Part shown: positions 1 to 10,528 of the stretch, in pieces
Layout: the number at the start of each line of letters is the position of its first letter
Numbering within the stretch: the first letter of the stretch is position 1
Assembly: GCA_022840695.1 (NCBI GenBank)
Contig: JALHDC010000001.1
Span: forward strand, 84,456-148,455
Direction: 5' to 3'
DNA length: 64,000 nucleotides
From: a bacterium
Lineage (GTDB): Bacteria > Patescibacteriota > Dojkabacteria > SC72
Position numbers and translations under genes: made by a program
The notes under the pieces: model-generated
What the model was told of the DNA's origin: nothing
Databases searched by the model: none
Seen by the model: the letters and a program-made list of their open reading frames with translations, nothing else

Positions 1-2
1 AT

Positions 3-2015
3 GATATCGACATAAACGACGAAATTGTTGCAAAGGTAAAGGGAGAAACTATAAATACCTCTGTTGGAAGAATAATATTTAACAATGTACTTCCTGAGGA
101 TTATCCATATATCAATGAACAGGTAAATATCAAAACAATCAACAAAATAATTGATGATATTAAAAAAGATAGATCCTTAGATGATGTAGTTGTAATATTG
201 GATGATCTCAAGTTATTAGGTTTCAAATATGCAACAGATCTAGGATTCTCATTCTCCATGAGCGATTGTAATGTAGACTTTGATTTAGAGACAGAAATAA
301 AGAAGATGGAGGAAAAAGATGAACAGTTACAGGAGAACTACCTACAAGGATTAATGACAAAGAATGAGAAAATAAATATCTCTACAAGTATGTGGGATGA
401 CTTTGCAAACGAATTAGCAGATCAAGCTTGGGAAAAGCTAGACAAAGATAATTCCATATACCAAATGGTAGAATCCGGTGGTAATGGTGGTAAGATCCAG
501 GCAAGACAAGTCCTTACAATTAAAGGTGTTGTTAGGGATTCAAGAGGAAACTGGGTACCAATGCCTATCAAAAGCAACTATAGAGATGGTCTTAGTGCAT
601 TTGAATACTTTGTTGCAGCAAACGGTGGTAGAAAAGGTATTGCAGATAGATCCCTTAAAACTTCTTCATCTGGTTACTTAACAAGAAAATTAGTAGATGT
701 AGCACATGATGTAATAATCAGAGTAGATGATTGTGGATACGATGGTGAAGGCTTCGTGATGAGAAAGAGCGATGACAGAAGAATTGATTTTGTATCTAGA
801 ATATATGGAAGAGTCCTAGCACAAGATGTTAAGAAGGGAGATACAATCATAATTAAGAAAAATGAAACAATCACAAAGGATATTGCAGACTTAATCGACA
901 AGGAAAATATTGAAGAAATATATGTTAGAAGTCCAATACTCTGCGAAGCACCATTAGGAATCTGTAAGAAATGTTATGGAACAAATCTTGAGAATGGCCA
1001 AGAAATAGAAATGGGTAAAGCAGTTGGTGTAATTGCAGCTCAATCCATTGGAGAGCCAGGAACTCAGATGACTATGCAGACATTCCATAAGGGAGGAGTT
1101 GCTAAGGTAGATATCACTCAAGGATTACCAAGAATCGAAGAGCTATTCGAAGCTAGAACACCAAAAGCTGAAGCAGAAGTGTCTTCAATAGATGGTAAAG
1201 TCCACATAGAAGTAGCTGAAGATGAATCAGCAGTAATAACAATTACTGGAGAAAAGAGAATGCTAAGACATTATGTTGTATCTAAAGCAAAGAAAGTATT
1301 AGTGGAAGATGGTCAGGATGTTAAATCAGGACAGGTTATGTATATAGACTCTGAAGAAGCAGAAAGACAAGCTCCATTTGATGGAAAGATAGACATAGAG
1401 GGTGGAATATTGACAATAAGTGGAAGATTAAAAGCAGAGGAAATAGTATCTGTCCTTCCAGGAATTACAATATTAGTGGAAGATGGATCATCCATAAAAG
1501 CAGGAACTCAGTTAACAGAAGGATCTATAGATCCTAAGAAATTAGCTGAAGTTGCAGATGTCATAACAGCACAGAAATATATACTTGACGGAGTTCAAAA
1601 GGTATTCAATGAACAAGGTGTCCCAATAGACGACCTACACATTGAAGTAATCCTTAGACAGATGATGAGATTAGGAAGAGTATTTGAATCTGGAGATTCC
1701 GACTACTTAGTAGGAGCATTGGTCAACAGATTCCTTGCAGAAGCAAAGAATCAATTACTCTTAGAAGAAGGTAAGAGCAAGGCCTTGATTATTCCTAAAT
1801 TACTTGGTATAAAGGCATCTTCTCTACATACAGAAAGCTTCTTGTCTGCTATGTCATTCCAGGAGCATGTAAGAGTATTAACAAGTACAGCAATTCTAGG
1901 AAAGACTGACTTCCTAAGAGGTATGAAAGAAAATGTCATAATCGGAAGACCAATACCCGTAGGAGAGAAAGCAGAGATAAAGGATATAAGAGAGGTACAA
2001 GAACTTAAATTTTAA
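3..2015 (+). CDS. rpoC: RNA polymerase beta' subunit, C-terminal part (5' end outside window)
   Basis: Frame is open from position 3 (DIDINDE..TSVGRIIFN). Contains bridge helix GRKG.AD..LKT.SSGYLTRKLVDVA, AAQSIGEPGTQ trigger loop, DITQGLPRIEELFEARTPK and KENVIIGR.IPVG. Confidence 0.98.
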   Translation, partial: DIDINDEIVAKVKGETINTSVGRIIFNNVLPEDYPYINEQVNIKTINKIIDDIKKDRSLDDVVVILDDLKLLGFKYATDLGFSFSMSDCNVDFDLETEIKKMEEKDEQLQENYLQGLMTKNEKINISTSMWDDFANELADQAWEKLDKDNSIYQMVESGGNGGKIQARQVLTIKGVVRDSRGNWVPMPIKSNYRDGLSAFEYFVAANGGRKGIADRSLKTSSSGYLTRKLVDVAHDVIIRVDDCGYDGEGFVMRKSDDRRIDFVSRIYGRVLAQDVKKGDTIIIKKNETITKDIADLIDKENIEEIYVRSPILCEAPLGICKKCYGTNLENGQEIEMGKAVGVIAAQSIGEPGTQMTMQTFHKGGVAKVDITQGLPRIEELFEARTPKAEAEVSSIDGKVHIEVAEDESAVITITGEKRMLRHYVVSKAKKVLVEDGQDVKSGQVMYIDSEEAERQAPFDGKIDIEGGILTISGRLKAEEIVSVLPGITILVEDGSSIKAGTQLTEGSIDPKKLAEVADVITAQKYILDGVQKVFNEQGVPIDDLHIEVILRQMMRLGRVFESGDSDYLVGALVNRFLAEAKNQLLLEEGKSKALIIPKLLGIKASSLHTESFLSAMSFQEHVRVLTSTAILGKTDFLRGMKENVIIGRPIPVGEKAEIKDIREVQELKF

Positions 2016-2041
2016 GCGATTTTAGTATATAATAGCGAGCT

Positions 2042-2461
2042 ATGCCAACAATAAATCAATTAGTAAGAAAACCGAGGAAAACCAAATCTAAGAAAGCCAA
2101 ACATATACAGCTTGCAAGAGATTTCAATCCTCTTAAGAATAGATACAAGACAACACCTAATCCTTTTAAAAGAGGAGTTTGTTTGCAGGTAAAAACAATG
2201 ACACCAAAGAAGCCTAACTCAGCATTAAGAAAAGTTGCTAGAGTCAGACTATCAAATGGAATGGAAGTAACGGCATATATTCCTGGAGAAGGACATAATC
2301 TTCAAGAGCACTCTGTTGTTTTAGTAAAAGCAGGAAGAAAAAGAGACCTACCAGGTGTAAAATACATTGTAGTAAGAGGTAAATATGATACAGCTGGCGT
2401 TAAAGGTAGAAAAAAGGCTAGATCAAAATACGGAGTTAAGAGAGAAGATATTGAAAGTTAG
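2042..2461 (+). CDS. rpsL: 30S ribosomal protein S12
   Basis: [46 protein letters not shown]. Confidence 0.99.
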   Translation: MPTINQLVRKPRKTKSKKAKHIQLARDFNPLKNRYKTTPNPFKRGVCLQVKTMTPKKPNSALRKVARVRLSNGMEVTAYIPGEGHNLQEHSVVLVKAGRKRDLPGVKYIVVRGKYDTAGVKGRKKARSKYGVKREDIES

Positions 2462-2483
2462 ATTTAATTAATTACTGAATATT

Positions 2484-2954
2484 ATGCGAGGTAAAAGAGC
2501 AAAAAGAAGAGAACAGAAACCAGATAAAAGATACGGAAGTACTATTATCTCTAGGTTAATTAATAAGGTCATGCAGGGTGGAAAAAAGTCCATTGCAGAA
2601 AATATGGTATACACTGCTATAGAGAAAGGTGCAGAAGAGGTCAAAGAAAAAGATGTAAATGCTTTCATAAATAAAGCAATTGATAATGTAAGACCTGCAT
2701 TAGAAATAAAAGCAAGAAGAGTTGGAGGTGCAAACTACCAAGTACCATTACCAGTATCTCCTAGAAGACAAGAAACATTAGCAGTTAGATGGTTAGTAGG
2801 ATATGCAAGAGGCAAATCAGGAAAGTCTTTCGATGAGCTTTTGAAAAATGAATTAATAAGTGCATATAAAGGCGAGGGAGATGCAATAAAGAAAAAGATT
2901 GATACAGAGAAGATGGCAGAAGCTAACAAGGCATTTGCACACTTTAGGTGGTAA
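2484..2954 (+). CDS. rpsG: 30S ribosomal protein S7
   Basis: RRVGGANYQVP, MAEANKAFAHFRW; follows rpsL. Confidence 0.99.
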   Translation: MRGKRAKRREQKPDKRYGSTIISRLINKVMQGGKKSIAENMVYTAIEKGAEEVKEKDVNAFINKAIDNVRPALEIKARRVGGANYQVPLPVSPRRQETLAVRWLVGYARGKSGKSFDELLKNELISAYKGEGDAIKKKIDTEKMAEANKAFAHFRW

Positions 2955-2962
2955 TCTACGAT

Positions 2963-3170
2963 CTACCTTTAGTTAGTACGAAAATCCATACCATTAAAGG
3001 AACTATACGAAATATTTCAAGGAATTTAATATACTATAAGTTTGGATCTAAGGAAGAACAAAAAAGTTAATCCATATAAGTCAGTGAAAACTCCTATAAC
3101 ATATTAAATAATTGTTAAAAGGTATATATAGTCATTGATATACCAGAGCTTTTGTACGATCTTGACTTAG
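2963..3170. repeat. ~208-bp inverted element: two 78-bp arms (2963-3040 and inverted 3093-3170) around a 52-bp spacer
   Basis: Left arm shares CTACCTTTA, CGAAAATC, GGAACTATA and AATTTAAT..CTATA.G at near-identical offsets with 49262-49339. Right arm is a more degenerate inverted copy. Confidence 0.75.
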
Positions 3171-3172
3171 AC

Positions 3173-4114
3173 TTATTTCGTACTCTCTATTCTTTCCCAA
3201 CCTGTTTTAGGCATACCTTTCCTAAGAATATCTCTTTCCCAAACAATCTTTATCCAAGTTATTAACCTAACGGGGAAAAGTAGTAAAGACCACCAAAACT
3301 CTTCAATATTGTGAGGATATTTTAATACAAAAAATGCATAAGAAAGCTCAATAAAAAAGCTCCTACTTTGTTTATCTCTTTGGAAAATACCCATTCTTTT
3401 TAATTGTTTAAATCCTCCAATAGATCTAACCTTCTGTTTATAATAATCCCTTAGATTTGTTGGATATTTAACATAACTTACAGCATTAGGAGCATATGCT
3501 ATATCCAAACCTTGATTCCTTATGTAATATGAAATGTAGGCATCATCAGAAAGAACATCTTGAGGTATTTTCATATCAATGTTCCTTACAGCCATAATAT
3601 ATCCACTCATAGGAAAGAAAGTCTTAGCACTAACATAATAATCTCCTCTCTCTACCTTCTGCATTGTATGTCTTCTTCTATGATCAGCAGAATCAGAGAG
3701 TAAATGTCCCCAATAGCCTAAACATGTATCTCTTTTATCCTGGGAAATGGGCCTTCCACTAACACCTCCCACATTCGAGTGTTGGAAAGGTAATAAAAGT
3801 TCTTTTACAGAATCTTTTCCAAAATAAACATCTCCATCAGTAAATATAATTATGTCACCTTTAGCTCTTTTAATAGCCATCTTTAAAGCAAAAGGTTTTC
3901 CTCTTTGAGGATCTTTTATCTGAATATACTGCTTTCTTGATAATCCTAATTTATTTGCCTCCTTCTGCCCTTGCTTAAGAGTTAATTCATCTGGTGTAAC
4001 TTGTATAATTTCAAAAGGGGATGGAATTCCAGAATATTTTCTATCAGCTATGGAGGAAATACACCTTCTGATTGTTTTCGGTTCTTGCCTAGAGCTAATG
4101 ATTACTGAAATCAT
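3173..4114 (-). CDS. Family 2 glycosyltransferase
   Basis: ISVII N-terminus, GKPFAL, DIIIFTDGD (DxD), SDD catalytic-base motif, QKVR (QxxRW-like), C-terminal hydrophobic segments. Confidence 0.9.
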   Translation of the reverse strand: MISVIISSRQEPKTIRRCISSIADRKYSGIPSPFEIIQVTPDELTLKQGQKEANKLGLSRKQYIQIKDPQRGKPFALKMAIKRAKGDIIIFTDGDVYFGKDSVKELLLPFQHSNVGGVSGRPISQDKRDTCLGYWGHLLSDSADHRRRHTMQKVERGDYYVSAKTFFPMSGYIMAVRNIDMKIPQDVLSDDAYISYYIRNQGLDIAYAPNAVSYVKYPTNLRDYYKQKVRSIGGFKQLKRMGIFQRDKQSRSFFIELSYAFFVLKYPHNIEEFWWSLLLFPVRLITWIKIVWERDILRKGMPKTGWERIESTK

Positions 4115-4150
4115 TTTTAATTATATCTTTCTAAAAGAAAATATCAAAGC

Positions 4151-4810
4151 CTATTCTTCGGCAGTAGATTCCTCTACAGCTTCACCTTCACCTTCTGCAG
4201 CCTCTTCACCTTCCACTTCAGCACCTTCCTCAACCACAGGCTCTATAATTTCTTCTGCCTGCATCTCTGTCACGGTAACAACTGTTGCAGTAGCAAGTTC
4301 TTCATTTAATAGCTCCATTCCTTTAGGTACACCAATCTCATTCACAGAGATAGATTGTCCAGGATGCTCCAATGTGGAAATATCAACTTCAATATATGGG
4401 ACCAAATCTGAAAGTTTACACCTAACATCTATAGAGTTAAGAACCTCAACCAATACACCCAGATTATTCTTAACAGCAGGTGCAATACCTGTAATTTGAA
4501 ATGGAATTGTAAATACCATCTCTTTGCTCTCATCAATTTCAAAGAATGCAATATGTCTAATTTGATCTGTAAAAGGATTAACATCAATTTCTTTAACAAC
4601 TACTTTCATACTCTTTTCACCTAACTGAGCATCCAAAATTGTAGTAGATGTTGCCTCTCTAGCAATTTTACTTGCTTGAGAAACTGTAATTTGTATATTT
4701 GTTGAATCACCCTTTGAGTTATATACGACGGAAGGGACATTACCATTAGAAATTAGTTGCTTGTTCTTTTTTCCGTGTACTTCTCTTTTTTCAAATATGA
4801 TTTTTTCCAT
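4151..4810 (-). CDS. rplY: 50S ribosomal protein L25/Ctc, long form (start moved to MEKIIF)
   Basis: VPSVVY, VKEIDVNPFTDQIRHIAF, GIAPAVKNNLG, IEVDISTL, acidic tail. Confidence 0.92.
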   Translation of the reverse strand: MEKIIFEKREVHGKKNKQLISNGNVPSVVYNSKGDSTNIQITVSQASKIAREATSTTILDAQLGEKSMKVVVKEIDVNPFTDQIRHIAFFEIDESKEMVFTIPFQITGIAPAVKNNLGVLVEVLNSIDVRCKLSDLVPYIEVDISTLEHPGQSISVNEIGVPKGMELLNEELATATVVTVTEMQAEEIIEPVVEEGAEVEGEEAAEGEGEAVEESTAEE

Positions 4811-4867
4811 AACGAGTAGGAGTATATCAGAAAAATAATGAAGGAGCAACAGGGATTAAGATAGTAG

Positions 4868-4896
4868 TTGACAGTTTAAATTTCTTCCTCTATACT
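4868..4896 (+). promoter_or_regulatory. Sigma70-type promoter of hrcA-grpE-dnaK
   Basis: TTGACA(4868)-17 nt-TATACT(4891). Confidence 0.85.
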
Positions 4897-4923
4897 TTAG
4901 CAGTTAAGCTCTACTTTTGCTAA
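4897..4923. promoter_or_regulatory. Degenerate CIRCE operator (HrcA)
   Basis: TTAGCAGTT-N9-TTTTGCTAA versus canonical TTAGCACTC-N9-GAGTGCTAA; lies between the -10 box and the hrcA ATG. Confidence 0.85.
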
Positions 4924-4924
4924 A

Positions 4925-5650
4925 ATGGATTTGACAGAAAGACAAAAAGCAATATTAATGGCTGTAATTAAAGAGTTTATGCAGGAAGCTTCAGAGGTTG
5001 GATCTTTAGCTCTTTTAGAAAAATATAATTTAGGAGTAAGTTCAGCAACCATTAGAAATGAAATGGTTAGACTTATGAGATTAGGACTGTTAGAAAAAAG
5101 TCATATATCTTCAGGAAGATTACCGACAGATCAAGCTTTAAGACTGTATGTTACAAAATATCTTGATAGTAAAGGATTGAACCCTCTAGTTACTGTTGAA
5201 ATAAGGCAAGAAATATTTAGAGATAGATTCTCTAAGGACACTGTTGTCAGGTCAGTACTAAAAGTTCTTGCAAAAGAAAGCGAAGCATTAGTATTTGTAA
5301 TTCTTGATGAAGATATACGATCATACGGTATGTCCAATCTTCTTAGATATGAAGAATTTAGAGATATAGAGAAAATAGAAACCGTTATAAATATTCTTGA
5401 AGATCAAACATTCCTAAGAAATTTAGCTGAAAAATACTCTGGTTCAGGAGTATCTCTTTTGATAGGAGAAGAATCAGGTGTAGATAATTTGGCTGATTGT
5501 GCGATTGCATTCACCAAGATACCTTTTTGGGAAAAGGAAAGGTCATATGTTGGAATTATCGGTTCAAAAAGAATGGACTATGGAAAAGTTCTTCCAGCAT
5601 TAAATGAGGTGAAGAAAGCTTTAGAAAATTCTATGTCCGGATGGAGATAA
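4925..5650 (+). CDS. hrcA: Heat-inducible transcription repressor HrcA (short form)
   Basis: LTERQKAIL, SSATIRNEM, HISSGRLPT, IGEE, GIIGSKRMDY; precedes grpE-dnaK. Confidence 0.96.
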   Translation: MDLTERQKAILMAVIKEFMQEASEVGSLALLEKYNLGVSSATIRNEMVRLMRLGLLEKSHISSGRLPTDQALRLYVTKYLDSKGLNPLVTVEIRQEIFRDRFSKDTVVRSVLKVLAKESEALVFVILDEDIRSYGMSNLLRYEEFRDIEKIETVINILEDQTFLRNLAEKYSGSGVSLLIGEESGVDNLADCAIAFTKIPFWEKERSYVGIIGSKRMDYGKVLPALNEVKKALENSMSGWR

Positions 5651-5666
5651 ATTAGTAAAAAATATC

Positions 5667-6197
5667 ATGAAGCAAGAAAGCAAGAAAAAACAATTTAGTG
5701 ATACAGGTGTCAAAGAATTAGAAAAAAAGATTCAGGAATTAGCATTAACGATAGATAAATTGGAGGATGAAAAATTACAAATAGAGAATCAGTTAAAAAA
5801 AGCCTTAGCAGATTATCACAATCTCGTTAAGAATTCAGAGAAAAGAGATGAGATTAGAATATTTCAATTTAAAAAGAATCTTCTCGAAGAAATAATTCCG
5901 TCACTAGATGCAGTTATGATGGCTCAAAAAAGTTCAGAGGATTTAAATTTGAATGAAGCTGGGAAATCTTGGTTAGATGGGATAGTAGCAATATTAGATA
6001 GTATAAATAGAAGTTTTGAAGGTATGGGTTTGAAGCAGTATGTTCCTCTTAAGGGAGATATATTTGATAGTAATATGCACGAAGCGGTAGCAACAGTTGT
6101 GGAAGGTGAAAAAGGAAAAATATTTGATGTTGTACAGCCTGGTTATCAATTAAATGAAATCGTAATACGACCAGCAAGAGTCGTAGTATCAAAATAG
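5667..6197 (+). CDS. grpE: Nucleotide exchange factor GrpE
   Basis: LADYHN, FDSNMHEAV, QPGYQLNEIVIRPARVVV. Confidence 0.97.
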   Translation: MKQESKKKQFSDTGVKELEKKIQELALTIDKLEDEKLQIENQLKKALADYHNLVKNSEKRDEIRIFQFKKNLLEEIIPSLDAVMMAQKSSEDLNLNEAGKSWLDGIVAILDSINRSFEGMGLKQYVPLKGDIFDSNMHEAVATVVEGEKGKIFDVVQPGYQLNEIVIRPARVVVSK

Positions 6198-6222
6198 AAA
6201 TTAAATTTTAAATAATAATATT

Positions 6223-8124
6223 ATGTCAAAAATAATAGGAATAGATTTGGGGACAACTAACTCTGTAATGGCTTACATGGAGGGAGGAAAACCCAATGTG
6301 ATACCAAACTCGCAAGGTGGAAGATTAACCCCATCTGTTGTAGCTGAGGATGAAAAAGGAGAAACCTTAGTAGGTACTCCTGCTAAGAATCAAGCTATTA
6401 CAAACCCTGAAGGAACAATATACTCTGTTAAGAGATTAATAGGTAGATCTTGGGATGACCCAGAGGTTAAGAGAGATAAAGATCTCCTTCCTTTTGAAAT
6501 GAGAAAATCAGATAGTGGTGGAGTTGAAGTTAAAATGGGTGATAAGTGGTATACACCACAGGAAATATCGGCAAAGATTCTAGCAAAAATGAAAAAAGAT
6601 GCGGAGGATTTTTTGGGAGAGGAAATTAAAGAGGCGGTTATAACTGTCCCAGCATATTTTGATGATTCTCAAAGACAAGCTACTAAAGATGCAGGAAAAA
6701 TAGCTGGTTTAACAGTAAAAAGAATTGTTAATGAGCCTACAGCTGCTGCATTGGCATACGGTATAGATAAGAAGAAAGATGAAAAAGTAGCAATATTTGA
6801 CCTAGGAGGTGGTACATTCGATATATCAATATTGGAAATGGGTGAAGGTGTTTTTGAAGTCCTTTCTACAAATGGAGATACACATTTAGGTGGAGATGAT
6901 TTTGATCAGGTAATAATTGATCATATTGCAGAAGCATTTAAATCAAAAGAAAATTTTGATTTAAGAGAGGATAGAACAGCACTTCAGAGATTAAGGGAAG
7001 CTGCTGAAAAAGCTAAGATAGAACTATCAACATCAGAAGAAACAGATATCAATATTCCATATATTACAGCTACTGATAAAGGGCCAAAACATCTAAAAGA
7101 GAAATTAACAAGATCAGAGTTAGAAAAAATAACTTCTGATTTAATTGCAAAAACAGTAGCACCGTGTGAGAAAGCTCTTAAAGATGCAAAGCTATCAAAA
7201 GAGGATATAGATCAAGTCCTACTTGTAGGTGGTATGACCAGAATGCCTGCAGTTGTAAAAAAGGTTGAAGAAATATTTGGGAAAGAACCAAATAAGGGTG
7301 TAAATCCAGACGAAATAGTTGGTGTAGGAGCTGCTATACAAGCAGGAGTTCTAGGAGGAGATGTAAAGGATATTACTCTTTTGGATGTTACTCCATTATC
7401 ACTTGGATTAGAAACATTAGGAGGAGTAATGACAAAATTGATAGATAGAAACACAACTATTCCTGTAGAAAAGAAACAGATATTCTCTACAGCAGCTGAT
7501 AATCAACCAGGTGTCGAAATTCATATTCTTCAAGGAGAAAGAGAAATGGCATCAGATAATAAAACATTGGGAAGATTTATTCTTGATGGAATCCCTCCAG
7601 CACCAAGAGGAGTTCCTCAGATAGAGGTAATGTTCTCAATAGATGCAAATGGTATCTTGAATGTAAAGGCATTAGATTTGGCTACAAAGAAAGAACAGAA
7701 AATTACAATAACTGCATCTACTGGATTGAAAGAAGATGAAATAGAAAAGATGGTAGAAGAGGCTGAAAAGCATGCAGAGGAAGATAAGAAGAAAAGAGAA
7801 AGAGCTGAAAAGAGAAATAATGCCGACTCTCTATGCTTTAGTGTTGAGAATTTGATAAAAGAAAATAAAGATAAAATAGATGAAAAAGAGAGAGAAGATA
7901 TAGAAAAAATGTCTGAAGAATTAAAGAAATTAATAGAGAAAGAAGATTTTGATGAAAATGAGGTAGAGAAAAAGACAGAAGAACTCTCAGAGAAGATGCA
8001 AGAGATAGGAAAAAAGATGTATGAACAAGCTAGTAAGGAACAACAGGAGTCAAAGAAAGAAGAACCTAAAGAGGATGAAACAAAAGATAATGAAGAAGTG
8101 AAGGAAGGAGAGGTTGTAGATTAA
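6223..8124 (+). CDS. dnaK: Chaperone DnaK
   Basis: [36 protein letters not shown]. Confidence 0.99.
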   Translation: MSKIIGIDLGTTNSVMAYMEGGKPNVIPNSQGGRLTPSVVAEDEKGETLVGTPAKNQAITNPEGTIYSVKRLIGRSWDDPEVKRDKDLLPFEMRKSDSGGVEVKMGDKWYTPQEISAKILAKMKKDAEDFLGEEIKEAVITVPAYFDDSQRQATKDAGKIAGLTVKRIVNEPTAAALAYGIDKKKDEKVAIFDLGGGTFDISILEMGEGVFEVLSTNGDTHLGGDDFDQVIIDHIAEAFKSKENFDLREDRTALQRLREAAEKAKIELSTSEETDINIPYITATDKGPKHLKEKLTRSELEKITSDLIAKTVAPCEKALKDAKLSKEDIDQVLLVGGMTRMPAVVKKVEEIFGKEPNKGVNPDEIVGVGAAIQAGVLGGDVKDITLLDVTPLSLGLETLGGVMTKLIDRNTTIPVEKKQIFSTAADNQPGVEIHILQGEREMASDNKTLGRFILDGIPPAPRGVPQIEVMFSIDANGILNVKALDLATKKEQKITITASTGLKEDEIEKMVEEAEKHAEEDKKKRERAEKRNNADSLCFSVENLIKENKDKIDEKEREDIEKMSEELKKLIEKEDFDENEVEKKTEELSEKMQEIGKKMYEQASKEQQESKKEEPKEDETKDNEEVKEGEVVD

Positions 8125-8145
8125 AATACTTGTCATAAAAAGAAA

Positions 8146-8172
8146 ACCAGGGAGAGTGTTGGTCTCCCTGGT
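8146..8172. terminator. Hairpin after dnaK (probable terminator)
   Basis: Perfect 10-bp stem ACCAGGGAGA/TCTCCCTGGT with 7-nt loop; weak U tract on + strand. Confidence 0.7.
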
Positions 8173-8218
8173 GATTTGTGGTAGCATTTATTGATTAATA
8201 TTTCGTTACTGCCAACAT

Positions 8219-10528
8219 ATGCTAGAAGATTCTAAATCAGGTATTAAGAATAAGCTCACTATTCCTCTCGTTCAGAAATATATGTTCTGGATCTTAATAT
8301 TTCTTTTGCCTCTGACAATAATGCCATTTCCTTGGGACTGGACAGAAAGGGGTATGTCATTACTTATACTTTCTTTTTCAACTGTAATTCTAGGATTAGA
8401 GATAATCAAGTTAGTCTGGGAAGGAAAAAGCAGTATCTTAAAAAGTGTTTTTGACATATCTTTTTTCCTAATTCTTCTGTCCATGTTACTTTCTACAATC
8501 TTTTCAAAAGATATTAATAGCAGTATATGGGGAATAGATGGAAGATTAGGCAATGGATTAATTGTATATATTTCCATTCTTTTAGTAACTATATCCTCAA
8601 GAATATTTTTAATAGAAAGAAAAGATATTGAGTACTCAATATTAGCATTTCTTTTTGGCTTCACTATAAATAACATACTAAGTATATTGTCCTTCTTAGG
8701 TGTAAATGTTTGGGGAATAATTCCAATATTTAAGGATCTACATCAGTCGAGCTTGCCAATTCTTAGATCTTCAAAGATTCATATATTATTAAATTTCCTA
8801 ACAGTTATTTTCAGTATTGGTTTTGTTGGAGAGTATTTTATTCAGAAAAAGAATGAAACAAGATATATTCTTGCATTAATATTTGGATCTATTGCTATAT
8901 TCAATATCTGGATATTCTCCATTAAACAAGGATTTAACCTACTACTTGTTATACTCTTTTTGTTAATTATCTTCACTTTACTTGTTTTAAAGAAGACAAA
9001 CTTTCAATTGAATGTATCTAAAAATATATTTCTTCTTTTTGTAATAGCCATACTTGCAATACTACTGCCAGCAATCCTGTTGCATATTCCTGCAGTTTTA
9101 AATCTCGTGGTTCCCAATAATATGGATTTGGTAGCACAAGTATCATTAGGATCTGATGTGTCTTGGATGATTGCAGCATCTGTATTTGTAGAATCTTTCA
9201 TTAGAGGTGTATTTGGTATGGGTGTAGATACATACTCAATCGCATACTATTTATACAAACCCTTGAATATTAACTTATTGGCATTTAATCAAGTAACTTT
9301 CTATTATGCAGGGAGTGAACTATTTACTCAATTTACAAATGGAGGTTTACTTTGGTTATTGGCTTGGTTATTCCTAGTCTTCTCTTTGATTAAGACATTT
9401 GTGAAGGATATAAAGAATATTCGTGCATACTCAGATCATTCCACTATTTGGAAACTCCTAATACTGAACCTGTCGATCCTAATAATCTATATATCCTCCT
9501 TCTTCCTAACATACTCGGTTCTAGTTCTTTTCCTTCTTCTCGCACTTGTATCTTTTAGGGAAATAATAAAGGATATTCTTAAAAAAGGAACGGGAGACAG
9601 ATTTGTTCTTAAGTTATGGGCAGTTAATCTGAATACATCCAATCAGGATGGTAAATCTACTAATAATTTAAATATTTTCCTTACCATACTATTCTCTTCG
9701 ATAACAGTTGCTATATTAGGTTTTTGGATAATGAAAGGAGTTTCAAGTATGTATGCTCTAAAAGCAGAATCATACTTCGTTGAACAGAATAGTAAATATC
9801 AGGGTGATAATTATCCATCTATAGAAGAAAGAGAAACCTTTATAGCTTCGATGACTCATTATTACAGTAAGGCGGTGGATTTTGATAAAGGAAACTCCTT
9901 GTATAACAGGAGATTAGGATTAATGTATTTGGAAAGAGTTGGGATAGCTGCCGAGAGATACTCTAAATTGGAACAGGAAGAAGATGCCAACACTGATTTA
10001 ATTAGAAATGTTGGAATATGGAAAAACAATGTAATAGATTCAACTAGAAAAAGTATAGACCTCTCACCAAATGTATATGCTAACTGGGAGGCCAGAGCTA
10101 GGATATACATGGGATTAGTTGGAATGGGTTTCTATGACTATACTCCTGAAGCTCTTTTCTCTTTGGAGAAAGCCATAGAACTTAATCCCTTGAATTTTGA
10201 ACTTCACTACAGTATGGCTCAGATATATGTTATCAAAGGAGAAAAAGATAGTGCATTAGCATCCTTGACAAAAGTCTTAGGCATAAATCCACAACATATA
10301 GCATCTATTCTTCTTGCTGGAGATTTGAATAAGGAAAAAGGTAATATGGATGTATATGAATCATATTTAAAGGCTGCAAAGAAGATACTTGAAACACAGG
10401 GGAATACAAATTTGGATGTGTATAATGAAGTCACAAAACAGCTCAATAGTATTACTAATACAGAGGAATCAACTACAGAAACTGAAGAAAGTACTCAGCA
10501 GGAGGAAACTTCTGAGTCTGAAGAATAG
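8219..10528 (+). CDS. Polytopic membrane protein (O-antigen ligase/polymerase-like) with C-terminal TPR repeats
   Basis: About 12-13 TM helices, SIWG..GR..GL, FGMGVDTY loop, TPR-like KAIELNPLNFELHYSMAQIY. Confidence 0.65.
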   Translation: MLEDSKSGIKNKLTIPLVQKYMFWILIFLLPLTIMPFPWDWTERGMSLLILSFSTVILGLEIIKLVWEGKSSILKSVFDISFFLILLSMLLSTIFSKDINSSIWGIDGRLGNGLIVYISILLVTISSRIFLIERKDIEYSILAFLFGFTINNILSILSFLGVNVWGIIPIFKDLHQSSLPILRSSKIHILLNFLTVIFSIGFVGEYFIQKKNETRYILALIFGSIAIFNIWIFSIKQGFNLLLVILFLLIIFTLLVLKKTNFQLNVSKNIFLLFVIAILAILLPAILLHIPAVLNLVVPNNMDLVAQVSLGSDVSWMIAASVFVESFIRGVFGMGVDTYSIAYYLYKPLNINLLAFNQVTFYYAGSELFTQFTNGGLLWLLAWLFLVFSLIKTFVKDIKNIRAYSDHSTIWKLLILNLSILIIYISSFFLTYSVLVLFLLLALVSFREIIKDILKKGTGDRFVLKLWAVNLNTSNQDGKSTNNLNIFLTILFSSITVAILGFWIMKGVSSMYALKAESYFVEQNSKYQGDNYPSIEERETFIASMTHYYSKAVDFDKGNSLYNRRLGLMYLERVGIAAERYSKLEQEEDANTDLIRNVGIWKNNVIDSTRKSIDLSPNVYANWEARARIYMGLVGMGFYDYTPEALFSLEKAIELNPLNFELHYSMAQIYVIKGEKDSALASLTKVLGINPQHIASILLAGDLNKEKGNMDVYESYLKAAKKILETQGNTNLDVYNEVTKQLNSITNTEESTTETEESTQQEETSESEE

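Noticed and set aside
198-200. ORF-track start for the 605-aa protein
   Set aside because: The frame is open back to position 3 with RpoC sequence; the true start is outside the window.
4050-4499. 149-aa Ser/Thr-rich ORF and the many other short antisense or alternate-frame ORFs in the track
   Set aside because: They are shadows of well-supported genes (here the acidic tail of rplY) and show no motifs of their own.
8181-8215. GTAGCA...TGCCAA resembling another CIRCE
   Set aside because: The arms are 23 nt apart rather than 15, and the downstream gene is not a chaperone.
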